Positions 27,719-31,920 of a DNA stretch of 31,920 bases are shown one piece after another. The DNA lies in the IMG/VR virus record IMGVR_UViG_3300006928_000042, positions 1 to 31,920 of that record; one strand, written 5' to 3'. The position numbers and the translations under genes were made by a program. The notes under the pieces were generated by a model. The model was not told the origin of the DNA and ran no database searches. It worked only from the letters and a program-made list of their open reading frames with translations. Every line of letters begins with the position of its first letter. The first letter of the stretch is position 1. This DNA is from a virus. Lineage: Duplodnaviria; Caudoviricetes.

Positions 27719-27867
27719 CTATATATAGTAGGTCTATACGAAATACCTAGTTACCACCTATACTTTTGGTGATTCATATACATTTACGCAAACGCCAGAT
27801 TTAAGTGTGGGGGTTGTTAAATTATGCTCCAGAATTTGTAGGTTTTTGAAAGAGTCCTGAAGCTGAT

Positions 27868-27919
27868 GGATCTATATGAATCGATTTGTCTACTCCATAA
27901 CGGTACACGCACGCACGAC
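27868..27919. repeat. Intergenic bipartite motif, copy 1 (GGATCT-N38-CGCACGAC)
   Basis: Recurs at 29480-29528 and 31042-31091; preceded by AAGAGTCCTGAAG as in copy 2. Confidence 0.7.
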
Positions 27920-27966
27920 CGCCCTTAATTTAATCTGGAACTGGTATACGTCAATTGAACCAGGAT

Positions 27967-27993
27967 AAAAAGAAAGAGGGACCGAAGTCCCTC
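27967..27993 (-). terminator. Rho-independent terminator
   Basis: Minus strand GAGGGAC-TTCG-GTCCCTC-TTTCTTTTT; cUUCGg tetraloop. Confidence 0.9.
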
Positions 27994-28016
27994 CCTCCCT
28001 GCGTACGATACTGGGC

Positions 28017-28412
28017 TTATATCATAGATTCATAATTAAAGAACCTCTCGCAGTACTCCAACAATGTCTCTTCTTCTTCATTAGTTAATTGAGCAGATGT
28101 CCACGGTAAGAACCAGTTCTGAAATTGATACTCTGCTCTATCCTCATCCGCATAATATACAATGCGCATAGCGGGACCTCCTCCGCCTAAGGTTATTATG
28201 ATAGTTCTCTGGAACTCTACGCCATAATTATCCTCTAAGGATTCTTTTAATTCCTCCGCTCTTTCTTCCTGCTCTTCAGTAGGTACAGGATTCTTGGACA
28301 TATTCTCTATGTCCTGAAGCTCATCCAGTTCTAATTTCATGAACTTAATGAAGCGCTTCCCATACTCATCAGCTTCTGCTTGGTGCATCTTCTGTTCAGC
28401 TTGCATAATCAT
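28017..28412 (-). CDS. Acidic hypothetical early protein (GGGP motif)
   Basis: 131 aa; ITLGGGGPAMRI...YQFQNW; AGAGG RBS; followed by terminator. Confidence 0.75.
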   Translation of the reverse strand: MIMQAEQKMHQAEADEYGKRFIKFMKLELDELQDIENMSKNPVPTEEQEERAEELKESLEDNYGVEFQRTIIITLGGGGPAMRIVYYADEDRAEYQFQNWFLPWTSAQLTNEEEETLLEYCERFFNYESMI

Positions 28413-28533
28413 TACCTCTTCTTGTAGCTTTCTTGTATTTCATTTCTGTACAGTCTCCGCATACTTGGTATTTTGAGAAGTTAACAAATAAATCCTCATC
28501 ACTCCCGCATTCTGTACAACTTTTATAATTCAT
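28396..28533 (-). CDS. 45-aa zinc-ribbon protein
   Basis: MNYKSCTECGSDEDLFVNFSKYQVCGDCTEMKYKKATRRGNDYAS; CxxC-x15-CxxC; GGAGG RBS and ATGA overlap. Confidence 0.75.
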   Translation of the reverse strand: MNYKSCTECGSDEDLFVNFSKYQVCGDCTEMKYKKATRRGNDYAS

Positions 28534-29063
28534 GTTCTATATACCTCCATGATTCTCATTAAGTTAGTTGCTTTTAAATTATTTAAATTGTAATTATTAC
28601 TTAAACAATTATCCAGGATTTCCATGGTCGTAGCTCTTGCATCAGATAGATTTAAGAACTCTCCCCAGTGGCTTATAGGTTGGATAGTCTCTCCGTTATT
28701 CTCTGGAGTTAATATCGTGTATCTATAACCCTGCTCATATTCTTTATATGAGTAATTCATATTTAAATGGTCTGTATCATCTTTCATGAATCTCATATAA
28801 TTATCTTTATTATGGATCTCCATTAGATATTTATGTCTCATTATAAATAAACGTAGCCCACTCAACCGAAACAATTTAAATGCATTATTCTCAGCATTCT
28901 CAACGGCATCAATTTCCAATAATGGTAATATCCACGCCATGCCTATGCCGAAGATTTTACCCTCAGCATAAACATTATTATGACGATTGAACCAACGTCC
29001 GTTTAATCTTTTTAACTGCTCTAAATAACTTTTATTATTTGAGTAATGACTAAACAGAAGCAT
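28530..29063 (-). CDS. Hypothetical early protein
   Basis: 177 aa; GGAGG RBS; operon packing. Confidence 0.7.
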   Translation of the reverse strand: MLLFSHYSNNKSYLEQLKRLNGRWFNRHNNVYAEGKIFGIGMAWILPLLEIDAVENAENNAFKLFRLSGLRLFIMRHKYLMEIHNKDNYMRFMKDDTDHLNMNYSYKEYEQGYRYTILTPENNGETIQPISHWGEFLNLSDARATTMEILDNCLSNNYNLNNLKATNLMRIMEVYRT

Positions 29064-29064
29064 A

Positions 29065-29193
29065 TTAATCTTCCTCCAATACTTCTACATTTAACGTGAT
29101 ATTCATTCCTTTAAGCGGTCCCTCTGTAATCATGATGGTATTCTCATCAACATACTCAGCACAACCCTTAATGATATTTTTTTCTTTGCTCAT
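29065..29193 (-). CDS. 42-aa hypothetical protein
   Basis: MSKEKNIIKGCAEYVDENTIMITEGPLKGMNITLNVEVLEED; TAATG overlap. Confidence 0.65.
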   Translation of the reverse strand: MSKEKNIIKGCAEYVDENTIMITEGPLKGMNITLNVEVLEED

Positions 29194-29399
29194 TATTCAT
29201 CTTCCTCTAAAGAAAGATTTATATCGGATGCTATTTCACGGAGTCGAAAATATATGGCTCTATATCCTGCCTTGTTTCTGCTCCCGATTCCTAGCATCTG
29301 ATTAGCTCTGGTCATGTCCGCCCCGATTCTTATTCCGAAACGTTCTATATCACTCCAAGCATCTTCACGGATGTCGTGAAGCTCCTGCAATTCATCCAC
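29193..29399 (-). CDS. 68-aa hypothetical protein (GTG start)
   Basis: Strong AAGGAGG RBS; upstream TTGATT-N17-AATAAT promoter-like sequence. Confidence 0.75.
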   Translation of the reverse strand: MDELQELHDIREDAWSDIERFGIRIGADMTRANQMLGIGSRNKAGYRAIYFRLREIASDINLSLEEDE

Positions 29400-29479
29400 T
29401 TAGTACCTCCTTATTAATTAAATAGATACTCATATTATTGCAGAAGAGTCCTGAAGAATCAAACTTTAAAATTATTCCT

Positions 29480-29528
29480 GGATCTCAATTTATTTTAAAT
29501 ATAAATTTGCCACGCATTATCGCACGAC
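29480..29528. repeat. Intergenic bipartite motif, copy 2 (GGATCT-N35-CGCACGAC)
   Basis: CGCACGACACACA identical to copy 3; AAGAGTCCTGAAG at 29444-29456. Confidence 0.7.
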
Positions 29529-29533
29529 ACACA

Positions 29534-29568
29534 AAAGCCGTAGGTAAATCGGATAAACCTACGGCTTT
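29534..29568 (-). terminator. Terminator hairpin, possibly bidirectional
   Basis: AAAGCCGTAGGT-N11-ACCTACGGCTTT, perfect 12-bp stem downstream of the 29608 gene. Confidence 0.8.
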
Positions 29569-29607
29569 GCGTTTAGCGTGGTTATGTGCGGACCACAACC
29601 ATGCTAA

Positions 29608-29979
29608 TTATTTGTTAAGCGGGGTACCATTCTCCTCATAATAAGAATCAATTTGCAATTCCATTTCTTTTTCAGCTCTTTGCAACACAACTATTAATTC
29701 ACTTAATTTATTTTTATTTTTTATGTACCTATCTATGAGGGGAGTCTCGTCATTTAAAGGATACCAATTTTCTAAGTGTAGTTCAGATGAACCATAAACT
29801 AATGCACCACCAACATTTACTCTAGTGTTTAATGTCTTTGTACTTTGAAATGTACGAGTGCTATCAGTTTCTATAACTGATTTTTCTACTAGCTCATTGT
29901 ACGCACCAACTCTTTCACTCTCAGTTGTATTATTCTTGTCACTAAGAATATCTCGTAGTGTTTGTTTAATATCTAACAT
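29608..29979 (-). CDS. 123-aa hypothetical protein
   Basis: GGAGG RBS; operon packing. Confidence 0.7.
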   Translation of the reverse strand: MLDIKQTLRDILSDKNNTTESERVGAYNELVEKSVIETDSTRTFQSTKTLNTRVNVGGALVYGSSELHLENWYPLNDETPLIDRYIKNKNKLSELIVVLQRAEKEMELQIDSYYEENGTPLNK

Positions 29980-30168
29980 TTATTTTACCTCCATATTTTT
30001 CTGCGTCTCTTTTAGTTTACCTAAGATAGTATTTAATTCTGAATCTAAATCAGAAACATTATTTATAGCATCCTCTATGTTGCTTGAAGCATTGTGTAAA
30101 TCTGCGTCCATGCTTTCAAACGTACTGATTAGCTCTTCTATTTTTTTAATTAGCTCTGTTATTTTCAT
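29980..30168 (-). CDS. 62-aa acidic coiled-coil protein
   Basis: AAGGAGG RBS; heptad pattern. Confidence 0.75.
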   Translation of the reverse strand: MKITELIKKIEELISTFESMDADLHNASSNIEDAINNVSDLDSELNTILGKLKETQKNMEVK

Positions 30169-30320
30169 CTGTCCTCCTTAAGAACTTTTACAACTGTCTC
30201 TTCAGGACAATCTGAATATGGAAACTGTTCTTGCTCTTCACACAAACAAAAGTTAAATTCTTGCACTTGTGTTTTGTGTGTAAGGTTAGCCATGTCTTGC
30301 CAACTGTGGGATTTATTCAT
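30165..30320 (-). CDS. 51-aa hypothetical protein (CxC...C)
   Basis: MNKSHSWQDMANLTHKTQVQEFNFCLCEEQEQFPYSDCPEETVVKVLKEDR; ATGA overlaps both ends; GAGGAG RBS. Confidence 0.7.
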   Translation of the reverse strand: MNKSHSWQDMANLTHKTQVQEFNFCLCEEQEQFPYSDCPEETVVKVLKEDR

Positions 30321-30529
30321 AACTGGACTCCTCTCATGTTCAACTCTTGTTTTAATGTATGTATTGATAACTTTCCATGTCTTAGCATAATGAAAGATAC
30401 CTTAGTCAGAAACTTTGTCTTTGTTTCTTTGTCGATTTCACTCCATCCAGATAGTTCCGCTTCCAACTGTTGGAATACGGATTCTGAAAAAGTTACTAAC
30501 AATCCTCTTAAGTCTTTTTCATCTATCAT
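30317..30529 (-). CDS. 70-aa hypothetical protein
   Basis: AAAGGA RBS; TAATG overlap. Confidence 0.7.
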   Translation of the reverse strand: MIDEKDLRGLLVTFSESVFQQLEAELSGWSEIDKETKTKFLTKVSFIMLRHGKLSIHTLKQELNMRGVQL

Positions 30530-30660
30530 TATTTTCCTTTCACTATTTTGTTTACTCTTGTATATAAGTCATCATATTTTTGTAATAGTTCATCTTCGGT
30601 ATGTTCATCACATCTGAACACACCCTCTAATATTTCTATTATTTGTTCATCTACTTTCAT
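30529..30660 (-). CDS. 43-aa hypothetical protein
   Basis: MKVDEQIIEILEGVFRCDEHTEDELLQKYDDLYTRVNKIVKGK; GGAGG RBS; overlaps both neighbours. Confidence 0.7.
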   Translation of the reverse strand: MKVDEQIIEILEGVFRCDEHTEDELLQKYDDLYTRVNKIVKGK

Positions 30661-30959
30661 TCTTCCTCCCACTTTTCCATTTCATTAGACCATGAATTTA
30701 CACCTCTATCTGAAAGCAATTCAAGTGCAACGTCTAGTCCTCTGCGCAAATATTTTTCATCTGATATTGCATCTAAAGATAAGACTCTAATTCTACAATC
30801 ATTCAACCAAGAATATATTTCATTTCTTAATGCCATATACAATTCCAAGTCTGTTGGAATTTCATCTTGCCAGTTGTCTGAATGTGCGTTAAGGAAACTT
30901 GTTCCTAAATACGTCTTATCCACTTCAATATCTAAAGCGAATCGTTTTCTATATATCAT
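30657..30959 (-). CDS. 100-aa hypothetical protein, first gene of leftward early unit
   Basis: AGGAGG RBS; upstream TTGTTT-N16-TATCTT with TG extension. Confidence 0.75.
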   Translation of the reverse strand: MIYRKRFALDIEVDKTYLGTSFLNAHSDNWQDEIPTDLELYMALRNEIYSWLNDCRIRVLSLDAISDEKYLRRGLDVALELLSDRGVNSWSNEMEKWEEE

Positions 30960-30962
30960 TTA

Positions 30963-31110
30963 GTACCTCCTATTTAATACTTAAAGATACCACACATTCA
31001 CAAACAAACAAACAATATATTTATATATTGGACATTGTCCAGGATCTTAATTAATATAAAAATTAGAAATGCGTAAATACATGCGCACGACACACATAAA
31101 TAGGAGGTAC
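30963..31110. promoter_or_regulatory. Divergent control region bounded by a perfect 14-bp inverted repeat; contains two palindromes and motif copy 3
   Basis: GTACCTCCTATTTA (30963-30976) / TAAATAGGAGGTAC (31097-31110); CAATATAT-tt-ATATATTG; GGACAtTGTCC; GGATCT-N36-CGCACGAC. Confidence 0.7.
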
Positions 31111-31112
31111 AT

Positions 31113-31523
31113 GTGAGCAAGAACATTGCAAAAATATTAGATACTTATTTGTTTGACAAAGATAATGTTGAAGAAAGTACAACTATAAGTAATGAAGAAT
31201 GGATAAGAAAGTACAAGCCAATTGCAAATACTAATGATGAAAATCATAATTATTACAATGCTGATGGACAATTAGTACATGGTTGGTTTGATTACAGTAC
31301 AGAAGAAGAAAGAAATTATCTTAAATCTATACCAGAGAATAGATTGTGGACCGAGATACATTCAAGCGGTAGTTTTGAGGGAATCGTTGCAGGTGCAGTA
31401 GCATTTGATAGATTAGAATACTACATTACAGAAATACCATGGGAAAATAATGGCATAGAAGTTGATTATCATATTGAGTGTAAAGAAGAATATCCAGATT
31501 GTTGTCAGGACGAGGAGGAATAA
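31113..31523 (+). CDS. Acidic hypothetical protein (start uncertain)
   Basis: 136 aa; YKPI.N...LWT...YYITEIPW pattern; AGGAGG RBS 5 nt before the GTG. Confidence 0.75.
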   Translation: MSKNIAKILDTYLFDKDNVEESTTISNEEWIRKYKPIANTNDENHNYYNADGQLVHGWFDYSTEEERNYLKSIPENRLWTEIHSSGSFEGIVAGAVAFDRLEYYITEIPWENNGIEVDYHIECKEEYPDCCQDEEE

Positions 31524-31780
31524 TGAATAAATATTGGTGGATAATTAGAACTGATGATAATTTAGGTTTGCCGTACGATACTTTTATTAAGTGGTACAAC
31601 ATACCTAAATTAGTTTACTGGTTAATTAAATATGAATATAGTCAAGCAAACTATTGGTGTACCTTTACTTGGGTAGATATAGATAGCAATATAGGAGAGA
31701 GTAGTTTATTTGTATTAGCTGAAATGAAAAACAAATTGATAAGAGAATTTAATTCTATTGAAGTAGAGGAGGAAGAATGA
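31523..31780 (+). CDS. 85-aa hypothetical protein
   Basis: Start placed at ATG 31523 (MNKYWWII) after GAGGAGG; TAATG overlap. Confidence 0.7.
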   Translation: MNKYWWIIRTDDNLGLPYDTFIKWYNIPKLVYWLIKYEYSQANYWCTFTWVDIDSNIGESSLFVLAEMKNKLIREFNSIEVEEEE

Positions 31781-31908
31781 GTTTTGTTAATCAAATAGAT
31801 TGGACTTGTGGTTGTATGCGAATGACAGAGTTTGATTATAGAAGTGGTAAAGAACGAACAGTAGGTAGAAGTTATTGCAGAAAACAAGATTGCGATAGGA
31901 GGAAGTAA
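31777..31908 (+). CDS. 43-aa Cys-containing protein
   Basis: MSFVNQIDWTCGCMRMTEFDYRSGKERTVGRSYCRKQDCDRRK; GAGGAGG RBS; ATGA/TAATG overlaps; next gene begins at 31908. Confidence 0.65.
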   Translation: MSFVNQIDWTCGCMRMTEFDYRSGKERTVGRSYCRKQDCDRRK

Positions 31909-31920
31909 TGCCAGGAATAG

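Noticed and set aside
27691-27720. attP core derived from an ssrA/tRNA 3' end
   Set aside because: The matching 5' acceptor strand, inner helix and promoter are all present, and no integrase is in the window; not fully excluded.
28311-30208. Extra GTCCTGAAG matches at 28311 and ~30200 (reverse)
   Set aside because: Both lie inside CDSs and lack the other motif parts; likely chance.
29096-31887. Opposite-strand ORFs in the early region (29096, 29438, 29858, 30231, 30643 on +; 31651-31887 on -)
   Set aside because: They overlap better-supported coupled genes with strong RBSs or cross terminators.
1-31920. Stop-codon reassignment
   Set aside because: Standard-code ORFs tile the window almost completely, and TAA, TAG and TGA all end genes at clean overlaps.

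Overview
AT-rich tailed-phage DNA with a podovirus-like virion: no tape measure, tube or sheath gene, but several large internal/ejection proteins. Positions 1-27257 are one tightly packed minus-strand late module. In transcription order it runs: large terminase with fused Zn-finger and HTH, portal, two small proteins, a block of putative internal virion proteins (2080, 599, 264 [lysozyme fold], 36 [Cys-rich], 677 [probable ADP-ribosyltransferase domain], 413 and 442 aa), a structured leader, scaffold, major capsid, decoration and small basic proteins, adaptor, nozzle, fibre proteins, chaperone, small membrane proteins and a secreted protein cut by the window edge. Positions 28017-31920 hold small early-type genes in two divergent units, separated by terminators and a three-copy intergenic motif. 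The most striking region is the non-coding gap at 27258-28016. It contains a 92-nt RNA that looks like a tmRNA reduced to its alanine-accepting tRNA-like domain (G3.U70, perfect T-arm, no tag reading frame). It also holds a second, rod-like RNA candidate bounded by inward-facing promoter-like inverted repeats and partly complementary to the first, plus four NrdR-box-like palindromes. Leaderless starts, TGnTANNNT promoters and a CxCxCH mini-protein suggest a low-GC actinobacterial host (inference only). All calls are by eye; no searches or folding were run.
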